A stretch of DNA of 64,000 bases, taken from NCBI GenBank assembly GCA_964016885.1, contig OZ024740.1:203856001-203920000 (forward strand), given 5' to 3'. The translations under genes were made by a program, and so were the position numbers. Positions 15,663 to 29,050 of this stretch are shown piece by piece (within the stretch, counting starts at the first letter, position 1; every line of letters starts with the position of its first letter). Source of the stretch: Eledone cirrhosa (Eukaryota). The notes beneath the pieces were generated by a model. That model had not been told where the DNA came from, ran no database searches, and saw only the letters and a program-made list of their open reading frames with translations.

Positions 15663-15987
15663 AGATAAGCAGAACAAGTAAGATTCAACCAATTTTTCAA
15701 AATAAATCAAAATTAATTTACAATTAAAATTAATCAAAATTAAAAAAATATAATATAAATATTTACCTATTTGAATAGGTAAATATTTATATTATATTTT
15801 TTAATTTTGATTAATTTTAATTGTAAATTAATTTTGATTTATTTTGAAAAATTGGTTGAATTTTACTTGTTCTGCTTATCTTGATATTAAGTTCTGGCAT
15901 ATCAAATTATTACCATAGAACCACCTTGAATCATAGACAACCTATGTATTTCTGGGGGTACCTTGTACCCTCAGATATATTAACTTT
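15663..15987. repeat. ~220-bp AT-rich palindrome plus ~105-bp tail (family E fragment)
   Basis: 15663-15881 is self-complementary about ~15772; arms and tail are homologous to the 485-bp unit at 40.3-40.9 kb. Confidence 0.85.
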
Positions 15988-16087
15988 ATATATATATATA
16001 TACATACATATATATATATACATAGATAGATAGATATATATACATATATATATACATATATATACATATATATATATACATATATAC

Positions 16088-16136
<49 letters not shown>

Positions 16137-16302
16137 TACATATATATATACATATATATATACATATAGAATTCACAGGAATCAAAGTTATGTTCAAACC
16201 ATTTATTAGCTTACAATTGTTTCATCCAAACCTTAATACTATATATATACATATATATATATATACATATATATATACATATATATATACATATATATAT
16301 AC

Positions 16303-16333
<31 letters not shown>

Positions 16334-16382
16334 CATATATATATACACATATATACATATATATATACACACATATATATAT

Positions 16383-16417
<35 letters not shown>

Positions 16418-16458
16418 CACATATATACACACACACACACACACATATATACACACAC

Positions 16459-16537
<79 letters not shown>

Positions 16538-16711
16538 TACACACATATATATATATATATATATACACATGTACATATATACATACATATATATATACAT
16601 ACACACATATATATATATATACATACATGTATATATGCATACATACATGTATATACATACATATATACATATATACATACATATACATATATACATACAT
16701 ATACATATACA

Positions 16712-16822
16712 AACTTTAACCTGTTATTTTAATAAATATTTGCTCTACGGTTCTTATATATTTGATGTGTATTTATCCTTATCGAGCCCTCTTTGGATTT
16801 TAGTTTTCAAATTTATTATTAT

Positions 16823-16825
<3 letters not shown>
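16712..16825. repeat. Family A terminal fragment between microsatellites
   Basis: Reverse complement of ~4911-5023. Confidence 0.8.
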
Positions 16826-16893
<68 letters not shown>

Positions 16894-17711
16894 GTCTGTG
16901 ATTGCTTGCTTGTCTGTAATGTAATACCGCCAAAAGGACACACAATGGGAAAATACTTTGAAAAGAAGTTGACCCTGAAATGAGAATTCAAATGGAATAA
17001 AACAAGTTTCGCGTAAATCGGACCACGAGTTCCCGAGATGTGGGCTTTTTCCGGGTATCTTCATAAACAAAGAGAGAGGAAGATAGAGAGGAAGAGGTAG
17101 CGGTTGTGACAGAGTAGATTGAAAGAGAGACAGAGAGAGGGAGAGGAGACAGAGAAGGAGAATGGAAGAGAGCTGGTGGTGTTGTATATATATATATATA
17201 TGAGTGTGTGTGTGTAGATATACATATGTGTGTGCATATGTTTGTGTGTGTCTATGACCAGTGTATATAGATCACAGACACCCACATATATATGTATATA
17301 CACACATACATATATATATTTATATATATACATACACACACGTATATATATATGGGCCTTCCAGTTTCATTTCACATTATATATATGTCTGTGTATATGT
17401 TAATTATTTAGAAATTATTTTCATGTGAATATGATTTTTTTAAAAATGTTTGAAGTGAACGTGATCCAACGGGTCACGGGTGATCTAGTATATATATATG
17501 GTGATAGCTTCATCTTTGCAGATGATTGTCGTCTTCCTATGCGCCCCCATCAACTATTACCAACTCCAAACGTCCTTCCAGCATTAGATTTGCATGGTCC
17601 GCAGCAAATGTGACAGACAAAAGATGTGCCCTCTATTTGATTGATTGGGTCAGTTTGTGGGGTGTCATCCTTATATACCCTCATATGCCTTTTAAGACAA
17701 GAGATTGATTT

Positions 17712-20500
17712 TCAGATCTTGCACACCACACATGTCTCAGTAGCATTGGATGGATAGAGCTGCATACAGTTGGCAGATTTAGAGAGCAGTAAACGACCAC
17801 ACACCTCACAAATCCAACTCCCTATGTTTTTATTGAGGTTCATACTGTGGCCTTTTCGAAGCTGATGTTTAAGTTTTTCATGATCAAGACGTCTCTCTTC
17901 AAACATTCTGCAGCCTTCCTTCACATGTCCTCTCCAGTTACCCCACTTTAAAGAAAGCACTTCCCAATTCTGAACTTCATGCTGTAGATTTTTAAGGTTG
18001 CTTTTTATGCAATCCTTATATATTTGAGAGGATATGATGGTAGATTCAATGCTCGTACAACCAGCATCTATAAGGATTTGTGTGTCAAGTAGTTTCTGTT
18101 GCCATTTGATGTTTAGGATTCGTTTTAAACACTTTTAATTAAAGTGTTCAAGCAAATTAAGGTGTATACGATGTACTGTTCACGTTTCGGAAGAGTACAA
18201 CAGAGCATTCAGAATGCAGGCCTTATACACATTAATCTTGGTCTTGATATTGATGCCATGATCCGCCCACACTTTCTTTTCAATTTTCCGAAGGCCTTCT
18301 GAATGCAGAGGTGTATTTCTGCATCCAGTGAACCATCCCTTGATAATACACTACCCAGGTAAACAAAAATGTCAACTACACCCAACCTAGTTCCACGCGT
18401 CATTATATTTGGCTCAATATATACTTCCCCTGGTGATGGGGTGAATATTATTTTGGTCTTTTTTAGATTAATTTTTATGCCAAAGGCATTACAAGAAGCT
18501 GCAAAGCAACTTATGATGTGTTGCATGTCATCTTGAGAGTGAGCCAGAAAGTCAACATCGTTTGCATACGGGAATTCTCTAATTAATATTTGGAACACCT
18601 TAGATTTGAAATTGAACCTTTTGCACAATCCTGGAATGCATGAGTCAGCATCACAGCAAAAAATATTGAAAACAGTGGTGGACCCGGGATATCTCCCTGC
18701 TTCACGCCATTATCAACTGGGATTTCATTGGACAATTCTCCATTCAAGACAAGCCGAGCCTTCATATTTCTGTGCAGTCGGACGAACATATCAAACTTTA
18801 GTGGGCACCCTATATTCCCTAATATTTTCCACAGTGCACCTCTGTTCACCGTATCAAACGCCTTTGTCAGATCAACAAAAACCTGATACAGAGGAACCCG
18901 CTGCTCAATACATTTCTCCTGAATCTGCCTTGCAGAGAAGATCATATCAATCATCCCTCTGCCAGATCTAAAGCCACTTTGTGATGCAAGGATAACTGTT
19001 GGAGAAATGTCCTCCATCAAACTGTTCAAAAATAATCTAGCAAGAACTTTGCTCACAGACTCTAACAGAGTGATGCCACGGTACTGATCGCAAATTCCTT
19101 TATTCCCTTTACCTTTAAACGAGGTCACCAATCTTGTGGTATACGAGCGCCAGCCCAGCACTCTGTAATGAGATGGAGTATTGTTTGTGTTATGTTGTTA
19201 TTACCAATCTTTAACAATCCCACAGGGATTCCATCTGATCAAGGTGCCTTACCGGTGTTTAACTGGTTGGTGGCCATTTTACCTCATTATAATCTGGTAA
19301 TCCATCCATTTTTAAATTTACAACACATAATTATCAACATATACAGCACATAATTATCAACTGATTTACAGCACATAATTATCAACTGATGATGGATTAT
19401 CAAATAAATCAGTGAAATTTTGTTGCCAACGCTTAAGGATTTTCTCTGATTCCTTGATGATGGCAGTGTCGTATTTGGACCTTATGGGAATAATAGACGT
19501 TATTGGACCATATACTGCACACAAAAGACTATAAAACAGTTTTGAATCCTTTGCGCTATGAGCACTTTGAATATCTTCAACCACCATTTATTTTTAAGCC
19601 TTCTCAGCTCACGTTGTAAGGTGGCTTTATATTCTTTATATGTCTTTTTAATAGCAGTAAAATTCGTAGGGCACTCTCCCAAAAGCTTTTCATGAAGAGC
19701 ATGTTTTTTTCTTTAGTAGTTGGCTGATAACCAGATTATTATCATCAAACCAGTCTTTATGTTGTTTTTTCGCCCTGAATCCAAGTTCTTCTGCTCCTGC
19801 TGTATACAATTGATCCCTGGAGTTTATCCACGTTCCATCGAAGTCAATATTATTCAAACGTTTATTCAAAGCCTCACGTACCTCTTGCTGTTTTAACTTT
19901 CCATCATCAATACGCTTCAGTGTTTTGACCTCACACATACGAGATTTTCTCCGAATACGTAACTTAAACTTCCCTCGAACCATCTTATGGTCTGTGTTGG
20001 ATTCTGCACTACGCATGACGCGCACATTACAGACATCATTCAGGTCGCCTCTCTGGGTTACTATGAAATCTATCATGTTGCCATCTTTTGACCTTGGGTG
20101 TATCCAGGTAACTTTATGCTTCTTCTTTTGGCGGAAGAATGTATTGCAAATTGCTAGGTTGAGTTCCGAACAGAGCTCAAGTATCTTCAAACCATTGGCA
20201 TTCATCTTACCGATGCCGTAATGGCCTAGTGCATCCTATGTCTCATGGTCTCTGCCAACACGGGCATTGAAATCACCAAGAATGATCACGTTTTCTTCGA
20301 CTGGAATAGATGCAATTGGAGCACGAATGGATTCATAGAATGTTGTACTTACTTCACTGGCCTTGTTGGAGCATAAACTGACAGAATTGTTCCACTTCGC
20401 CCACATAAAAGCGGAAAGTGCAACTTCATTATACGGTCACTGATTCTAGAGGGGCACTCTAAATGTTGTGCTAGAGTTTTGTCTTTATTATAACGACTTC
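17712..20500 (-). pseudogene. Decayed RTE-clade LINE (APE endonuclease, RT, C-terminal zinc-finger remnant)
   Basis: [93 protein letters not shown]; many frameshifts; homologous to 50798-54148. Confidence 0.92.
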
Positions 20501-20722
20501 CACATGTGCTTTTACATTTTGTGTTGAATCTAGGGTGGTTGGACGTTTCTAGAGCGTTTATTAAGACAAATTCTACTGAAGGAGTTGTTTTGTCTTAATG
20601 GTGCCATTTATTTAATACTTGGCACATTTCTTTTACACCCTGAAACAGCTGTATAGAATTAAGGAATTGACCTTCTACTATCTTTATGTAAGTTCAATTT
20701 GTTACTTTCCGATTTTTATGCG

Positions 20723-21081
20723 GAGTTCCTCCGTCCTTTGATGGGTTTTGTTTTCGTCCCGCAGGGTGTCCAAAATCACCCTCCCCACCAAGCAGGCTTG
20801 GTGGGGTTGCCGATTTAGTTGCCGACTACCCGACCATGCATAGGTTGTACTGGGTTACATGTTACCAGGAGCGCTGAAGAGCGACCTGACACACACACGC
20901 ACACGCACACACACAGGCTCTTCAGCGCTCCTGGTAACATGCAACCCAGTACAACCTATGCATTGCATGGTTGGGTAGTTGGCAACTAAATCGGCAACCC
21001 CACCAAGCCTGCTTGGCGAGGAGGGTGATTTTGGACACCCTGCAGGACGAAAACAAAACCCGTCAAAGGGCGGAGGAACTC
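20723..21081. repeat. Inverted repeat, ~160-bp GC-rich arms around a (CA)n spacer; probable RTE 5' UTR
   Basis: 20723-20882 vs 20917-21081; lies directly 5' of the decayed RTE. Confidence 0.75.
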
Positions 21082-21424
21082 AGGAGAGTCAACGGCTATC
21101 CAATAAAGCTTTTTTTTTGTGGAGTGTGAGATCCCTTCATTAAGACATCTCTCTAGGAGAAGCTCACACTGATATAAAACCTGCGACTTCATTTGCATCC
21201 AATGATGTAGATCAGTTCTTGTTTTGGGGTAAATGTATTCGATGTTCAGAGAGTGGGATTGGCTCCGTGCAGAGCCTTTTCTCACTTAAAAATGATATGT
21301 GACATTTTTATGCATGGTATTACTGGTCATAGGCAAGTCCCTAGCAGGACTAAAATAAACACATCTGTGATGCTCATGCTTAAGTATCAAGTGATGGGTT
21401 TACTCGAAATCGAGTTGCAGCCAT

Positions 21425-21625
<201 letters not shown>

Positions 21626-21824
21626 CCATGGTATTTGGATACGTTTTGTCTAGGCAATTATTACTAATGCATTGTTGTATTACTGCTCCTAAATGTTTTT
21701 TTTAATTTTGTATTAGTAAAGCTGGCTTAAGGTTCTAACGGTGACTATTTTTAGCACTCTGGTTGACCTGGGCATAGGTAAGATATTATGGTAAATAATT
21801 TTTATGTATAATCAAAATAAGGGT

Positions 21825-22135
21825 AACGCCCCAGTCATGAATGACCATGAGAATTGCACTTAGAAAGTTCACCTCTCAGGAACAACCCTGGACAAGGCGT
21901 ATTTGTGGAGGACCAGCTGTCGCCCATGTATACCAGCCTCCTTTCTCCACGCCACAGATGTCTTCTAAGTGAAAGGCAAAGGCCAATACAGCTTGGCACC
22001 AGTGACCTTGCAACTAATTTCTACAACTGGGTGAACAGGAGCAACGTGAAGTAAAGTGTCTTGCTCAAGGACACAACGCATCGCCCGGTTCGGGAATCGA
22101 ACTCACACTCTCACATTGTAAATCCAACTCTCTCA
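21825..22135 (-). mobile_element. tRNA-derived SINE
   Basis: AAAGTGTCTTGCTCAAGGACACAACGC...CGGGAATCGAACTC (reverse B-box). Confidence 0.7.
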
Positions 22136-22879
22136 CCAGTGATATTATATAACCAAATAAGGTTCATTTTTCAACATAGTCTCTGGAAAGAACAAATTCT
22201 TCTATTCAACGTTCTAACGACTCTACCAATTCGCCACCGACTGTAAGACATAGAGACAGAGAAAAATATCTTGAAGTTTAAACACACAGCGAATGTGAAT
22301 ACAATTTATTGATGAATTTATATTATAGGGCGTAAAATAACTAAATAGATAAGGTGCAGAGAAGGGGAGAATGAGAAGCAAATGTAGAAGGAAAATTAAG
22401 TGAAAGATTTAAAATATATCCTTGAGTTAAAACACTTTCAAAAATGGTTTTCATTAATAAAACAATTGTTGATATGTTGTGATGCAGTACTACATAGGAA
22501 GGAAAGAAAGACAGATAGGATAAAAAAAATGAGAAGAAGAGAAAAATATAGGAAAGCAGGAGGGAAAGAAAATAGAAAGAAAGGTAAAATGGAAGAACCA
22601 AATAAAATCAAAGGAGGTGGAGAAAAAGGAAACCATAGAAGTTAACCTTGCAGAAAAAATGAAAAAAGGAAAAACAATGTTGAGAGCGATATATATATAG
22701 AGAGAGAGAGAGACTAATGGAGAATGGGGCGAAAAAGTACTCTATGACCACTAAGCCGTAATGCTCAATAGAGAGGAAAGAATCTCAGAAGCCCCAGACT
22801 AAAAGAAGAAATGGAAAGATTAATGTATGGCTAGAAACAATTACAAGAAAATGATGGAAGCAGATCCTAACATCAAATG

Positions 22880-23415
22880 CAGAATGAGATGTACCACGTC
22901 ATCCCTGACTTCCCAGTGATGGTCAACTCTGAATATAAACGCAAACGTGATCAAGTTGACAGCTATGTCCACATTATAGGTCAACATTATGATGTGAAAA
23001 TGAATAAGAAGTGGTATAAACATGTACCAAACATGGTACATGACAACAACCTGGCCACAATCATCTGAGATATACTCATTGAAACTGACAAAGAGATCAA
23101 GAAAAACTATCCAGACATAATCAAAGACTGGGAAAAGATAAACACATAGAACCTGATAAACATTGCAGTCCTTTCTGGTCAAAATATTGTCTGAAAGAAG
23201 TGGAATAACTGTCAAAATAAAAGGATTTTGAAATTGAAATAAACAAGATGTGGGGCATGAAGGTAAAGGCAGTGCCTATAATAATTGGAACTCTAGATAT
23301 GATAACAAACATATCAAAAACAGAAGCCAAACCAGGGTTCACAATGTCTCAGTGTCCTAAAATAGCTCCGTTAGTAACAGTCAACATCCTGTTCAGGACA
23401 TATTTAATTCAATAG
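22880..23415 (+). mobile_element. Decayed 3' fragment of R4/Dong-like RLE non-LTR retrotransposon
   Basis: EYKRKRDQV..YVH...KWYKHVP.....N.ATII*DILIETDKEI....PDII...KDFEIEINKMWGMKVKAVPIIIGTL. Confidence 0.75.
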
Positions 23416-23702
23416 CAGAGTTTAAATAAAACAATCTTCAAACACAGCACACATACACACTATACAATAACCGCCTAACAAAATAAATCAACACAATATA
23501 TAGTCTAACAGAACACTAACATAACACAATAAACTACAAGCTAAATCATATTACAAAACAAGACTGATACAGAACACTGACAGGAGGAGTTTATATTGCC
23601 ATACCAACACAAAAATAATCACACATAATGGTGCACACACCTTAGTAACATAGATATGCACCAGGTAATGCAGTAGAATCTCACACGAAACTATCGAAGA
23701 AA

Positions 23703-24500
23703 TAATAATTGTTTCTACTTTTGGCACGAGGTCAGCAATTATCCCAGTATATTACTGGTACTTTATTTTATCGACCCCGTAAGGATGAAAGACAAAGTTA
23801 ACCTCGGCGGGATTTGAACTCAGACCATAAAGGGCCGTAACTCTTTGCTATAAAGCATGGCGTCAGACCCTCTACCGATACTGCCAATCCACCGCCTTTT
23901 GAAGAAATAATAATGAATTCTAATTTAGATACAAGACTAGTAAGCTGAGGGGGGGGGGGGATGCAAATCGATACTTTGTTTTATCGACCTCGGAAGGATG
24001 AAAGGCAAAGTTGACCTCGACGGAACTTGAGCTCAACGTAAAGAGCCGGAAAAATACCACAAAGTATTTTGTCTACCAATCCAATAATAATTGTTTCTAC
24101 TATTGGCACGAGGTCAGCAATTATCCCAGTGTATTACTGGTACTTTATTTTATCGACCCCGTAAGGATGAAAGGCAAAGTTAACCTCGGCGGGATTTGAA
24201 CTCAGACCATAAAGGGCCGTAACTCTGCTAAGCATGGCGTCCGACACTCTACCGATACTGCCAATCCACCGCCCTAATAATAATTGTTTCTACTTTTGGC
24301 ACAAGGCCAGCAATTATCCCAGTGGGAGATAAAGGCGATTAAATCGACCCCAGTGCGTAACTGTTACTTTATTTTATCGACCCCGTAAGGATGAAAGGCA
24401 AAGCTAACCTCGGCGGGATTTGAAGTCAGAGAGCAAAGGGCCATAACTCTATGCTGCAAAGCATGGTGCCTGACGCTCTTCCGATACTGCCAATCCAAAA
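23703..24500 (-). mobile_element. Cluster of four head-to-tail SINE copies
   Basis: TTTTATCGACCCCGTAAGGATGAAAGGCAAAGTTAACCTCGGCGGGATTTGAACTCAG-type block repeated four times, units separated by (AAT)n. Confidence 0.8.
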
Positions 24501-25329
24501 CAATGATTATGGCTAATATTTCTTTATTGGTCCCTAATAAATTCGTGATAAATGTCTTTAGTAAAGCAGAAGTTAGTGAGATTGCTGAGGTGAGATGGTG
24601 ATGCCAATATATTCATAAACTGGTCGGAGATCACAGAAAAATCGGTTTGATTAATATAAGGGTGGATAAAAGCTGTTTTGTATCCGTAGAAATATTTCCC
24701 AAATACCTAAGTTAATGTTCGTTGTGAGAAGATTTGTTGATATTGCTTTCTCTGGATCAGAGCAGGATTTGGAAGATAATCTCTGTAAGGATAATGGCAT
24801 TGCGTATATATTGGGTTGACTAGGTAGGATTTCACGCTAGGTGAGATTGTTTATTGAATTATTTCAAGGTAGGAGAAAGAATCTTGTGACTTGGGGAATA
24901 CTAACGTGGAATAAGAATATCAGATATAGAGTTTTATATTTGCTGTTGTTGTTGTTGTTCGAGGTGGTGATGATGATAACGTTGCTGTTATTGTTGTTAG
25001 CGGTGTTGTCGGTGGTGTTGTTGGTGATGTTGTTGCTGCTGTTGGTGGTACTGTTGCTATTGTTGTTGTGGGTGGTGGTGTTACTTTTGTTGGAGTTTTT
25101 GATAGTGGTGGCTTATGGCGTCGGCGATGGCGTAGTGTTAGTAATGTTTCACTTCAGGTCAGACTTGAATGAGTAAAGTTATGATTAAAAAAAAAATGTA
25201 ATGTATACAGAACTACATTATCTAATGCACCCTTCTTTTGAAAGACGATAGGATGTGATTTGAGAAAGATTTGGCATTGGCGATGAGTCTTCCTCTGTGG
25301 TTTGGGTTAACACTTAAAATACATGTTGA

Positions 25330-25575
25330 GGTTTTAGAGTTCCCAGCTCCTCCGCCAAATCGGAACGCCAGCTTCCCGTCTGAGGAAGGAACCTCGCGAG
25401 GTGGGGTGGCTGTTGCAGCGGGTGTCGCTGGCCATTGTCCGCGGAAATGTTTTTGCAGTTTTGTTCGTGGAGCGCATCCCCAACACCACCGCGTCCCAAA
25501 CCAGGGTCTCATCACCCTCTCCCCTCTCCCTCCTTTTCTTCTGTGGCCCTAGAATCCGTGCTTTTTCCCTCACTT
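25330..25575 (+). mobile_element. Extreme 3' fragment of CRE-like element
   Basis: QLLRQIG...RLRKEPREVGWLLQRVSLAIVRGN; similar to 28840-28950. Confidence 0.7.
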
Positions 25576-26089
25576 TCCTCTCACTTATGGCTGTTATCGT
25601 CCTTTCCTCTACTTTCTCATACAGCCAGATCTGCCCTTCTGTACAAAAAAGGTGAGTGTACAGGGATTAGTGAGAAGGTTGCTGGGATTGGCAGGATAAA
25701 GTGGTGGATAGAATTATATCCATATGTATATATGGATATAATTACACATGTACATAAGTATACATACATACAATACAAACCTATATACACATACACACAC
25801 ATTATATGTGTATGTATACACATACAATACACGTAGTTTTGCATACAAGATAACATCAAATTTTATGTTTCATTAAATCTCACATTGTTTAGAATTGTGC
25901 CAGCTTTGATATTTAGTGTTCTGGTCATCTCAATGTCAAAGAAAAAAGTCCAAATATCATATATAGGAGTAGACAGACAGTTTATTTTGTTTTGGGACAG
26001 GAAGTTTTATATTAAATGCATTAATTTAGATAACTGTCATGAATTGGTATGTAATATTGTTGGGACATTCTTAATATTTTTGAAGAATG

Positions 26090-26274
26090 CAGACCTGTCA
26101 ACTCTCCTCGTCCGATGGGGAGATCTCCCACCCACTTTGAGATGTCTTCTCTTGTGAAAATGGGTATAGCTTTCATTATGTAAAATCTCCCCATTTTGCC
26201 TCATTTCTCCCCGTTTTGAGGTACTTTTTTTCATGGTACTCCCCGTTTTGGGTTTTTGGAGGTTGGCAGGTTTG
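26090..26274. mobile_element. MITE (hAT-like) with 13-bp imperfect TIRs and 6-bp TSD
   Basis: CAGACCTGTCAAC...GTTGGCAGGTTTG flanked by AGAATG at 26084-26089 and 26275-26280. Confidence 0.8.
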
Positions 26275-28209
26275 AGAATGGGCAAAGTAGATACGAATCT
26301 GGCAGCATGAGTGTAGAACCATAGCTTCAGATAGTAACTTGTTTTATAAGTTAGTGAAGAAAAGAGATGACTAAAAGTACTGTTCACTACAGTATCCTCC
26401 CAATAACTAGTGATGGAATGAACTTCCGTCAGTTTCGACGATGAATTTTTCTGTCGTTCAATCAACGTGGTCGTTAAATTAACGCTGATGAAAATTTCAC
26501 AGACATAATTCTGAGGGAGATTCAGCGTGACTCAGTGTGTGATAAAGTCATCCGATAGGTTTCCAAACAGTTTCCATCTACCCCAATTTCATTCACAAAG
26601 CATGGTTTAACCCGAGGCTATGATAAACTACATTTGCTCAAGATATCACGCAATGCGATCAAACTGAGGATCTAACTATTATGAAGGTAACTTCTTAACT
26701 ATTCGGCCGTGCTGCATCCATATCAACTACTGGTATTGGTGCGGTTACCCAACCTGAATATCTGTAGGTAAATATCTCAAAGAAAAGAGTGAACGGGGAG
26801 CTAATCATAGGGCCTTACCGAGGTGTCAGGTGATATCTGTGAGGGTACCTGGTTGTTTCAGCGCCTTAGCCTCGTCATCACCCGTGGCAATGCTACAAGC
26901 GTAGTGGTTTGTCTCGCAGTGTTTAGTTAACCCTTATGATGTGATGTGCAGCCGATTGTCGCACTTGATGGTGAATTGAGGTTTTTTTGTTTTTGCACCC
27001 CACCCTTTTTTCTTTTCTTTTTCTCTCTTTCATGTATTTATTTACGTTTATCAACGACATTATATTTGTAATGATCTTCTGAACGACTTGCGAGCAATTT
27101 ATAATGTTATTTTTTAAGGTTGTTTATATATATATTTAAAACACTATATATTTAAAATGTTATTTATACAGCTGGGAATAAAAGAAACCTCTAAATAAAC
27201 AAATAGCAAAATGATGGAGGACATCCCAACGAAAAGCTTGTATAAAGTGAACTCTATTGAATGTACACAAGGACCTGGTAGTGGTATCATAAGACGTATA
27301 TTGGTTCCGACGGCGAGTGTTTTAATTGTTCGACCAACGGGACAGCCTGCTCATGAAATCAACCTGTATGTTGTTGAACATTCCTCAAACTCGTACACTT
27401 TTAACGCAATTCTCAGGAGATTCAGTGTGACGCAGTGTATGTCAAGGCTGGCGTTTTGAATCCCAGATACGTAGGAATATTAAACCATGTTATAACTACT
27501 GAAACTGTAACACTGTCACTCAACCGGTTGAGGCTTACCTCCTTATTTACAGTGAGGTGCTTTAAAATAAATAAATAAAAATGAAATAAAAATGAAATCT
27601 ATATATGAATTTGAGCGCCTTCCGTCCGTTACACAATGTGTGTGTGTGTGTGAATATATATGTGTGTAAAAGGAAGGAAGGAGATGGTGAAAAAACTATA
27701 GCAAAACGTTCCATTTTCTACGCTGTGTGTAAGTATGTGTATGTGTGTATGTGTGGTTGTGTAAATGTATATGTGTGTTTGTGTGAATGTATGTCTGTGA
27801 GTGTGTATTTTTGTTAGTGTGTCTGTGTTAGCGCATTTATATTTATATACTTATAGATATAAATGTGTATATATATATATGCACATATACACACGCACAC
27901 ACATATAGACATACGCGTCAGCGTGTTGAAAAAAAATTCTAGTAAAATATATTATTGTAGAAAAAGTTGGGTGCAATACAGTAAGAGGTAAGTTCAAGAT
28001 TTTGCGGTTGCGTCAATAATATATTTAAACCAGTTTTTTTTCCCTTAAATCTTACAAAACAATCATCAACATTACGGCAACTGGGTAAGTATATGGGTAC
28101 AAATGACATTGGACATCCTGGTAGAAGCGACAGAGGAAAGGCATTGAATAATGTCAGTGGTAAAATTGTTGTAGTGTGATGAAGAGGGGAGATTTGTTAG
28201 ATAGACTTT

Positions 28210-28403
28210 CAGACCTGACAATTCTCCCCGTCGGACGAGGAGATCTCCCACCCACTTTGGGGTGGATGAAAGATGTCTTCTCTTGTGAAAATGGGCATGG
28301 TTTTCATTATGTAAAATCTCCCCATTTTGCTTTATTTTATCCGTTTTGGGGCACTTTTTTTCATGGTACTCCCCATTTGGGTTTTTAGAGGTTGGTGGGT
28401 CTG
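28210..28403. mobile_element. Second copy of the same MITE
   Basis: Colinear with 26090-26274; TIRs CAGACCTGACAA / TTGGTGGGTCTG; no clear TSD. Confidence 0.75.
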
Positions 28404-28664
28404 CATTCGTGTGACAGTTGATCTGTCTAATATATGGAATCAAAACTGTAATATATTTTGCCTGAAATAATGCGTTGATCAAATTCGAAAGCTCAACATT
28501 TGTAATGCAGGGCTGGCTATATCATCGGTATGTTCTCACCCATACACGATTCAGTAGTCTAGAATGTATAGCGAGTTTGAAAATTTATAAAATCTATGGT
28601 AAATGGTACTTGCTCAAGAACCCACGCAATGGGATCGAACCCGAGACGTTATGATTACGAAGCA

Positions 28665-29050
28665 ACCTTTATGCAGCTGTGTAGTTCCACCTCTAATTTA
28701 GTCGCTTCAGCCACAAACCCCGGTACTGCGGCCTGTTATGCAGAGGAAAGGAAGATAAATAAATACAGGGGATTGTCCGACCGCTTCCTCTTCGGACCGG
28801 TCGCCGCCGAGACCTCAGGCGAACTTGGAACCCGTACTGTCGAGCTCCTCCGCAAGATCAGAACATCAGCGGCCCGTCTGAGGAAGGAGACACGCGAGGT
28901 GGGGTGACTGTTGCAGCGGGTGTCGCTGGCCATTGTCCGCGGGGCGCAGCCCCATTACCGTCGCGCCCTTGGCCCAGAATCCATCACCCTCCCCCTTCCC
29001 CTCCCTATCCTTCTGTGACACTAGAGCCCTTGCCTTTCCCTTCCTTTTCC
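28665..29050 (+). mobile_element. 3' fragment of CRE-like RLE element
   Basis: SNLVASATNPGTAACYAEERKINKYRGLSDRFLFGPVAAETSGELG. Confidence 0.78.

Noticed and set aside
24841-25176. Hydrophobic 111-aa ORF resembling a membrane protein
   Set aside because: Degenerate (GTT/GGT/GCT)n trinucleotide tract
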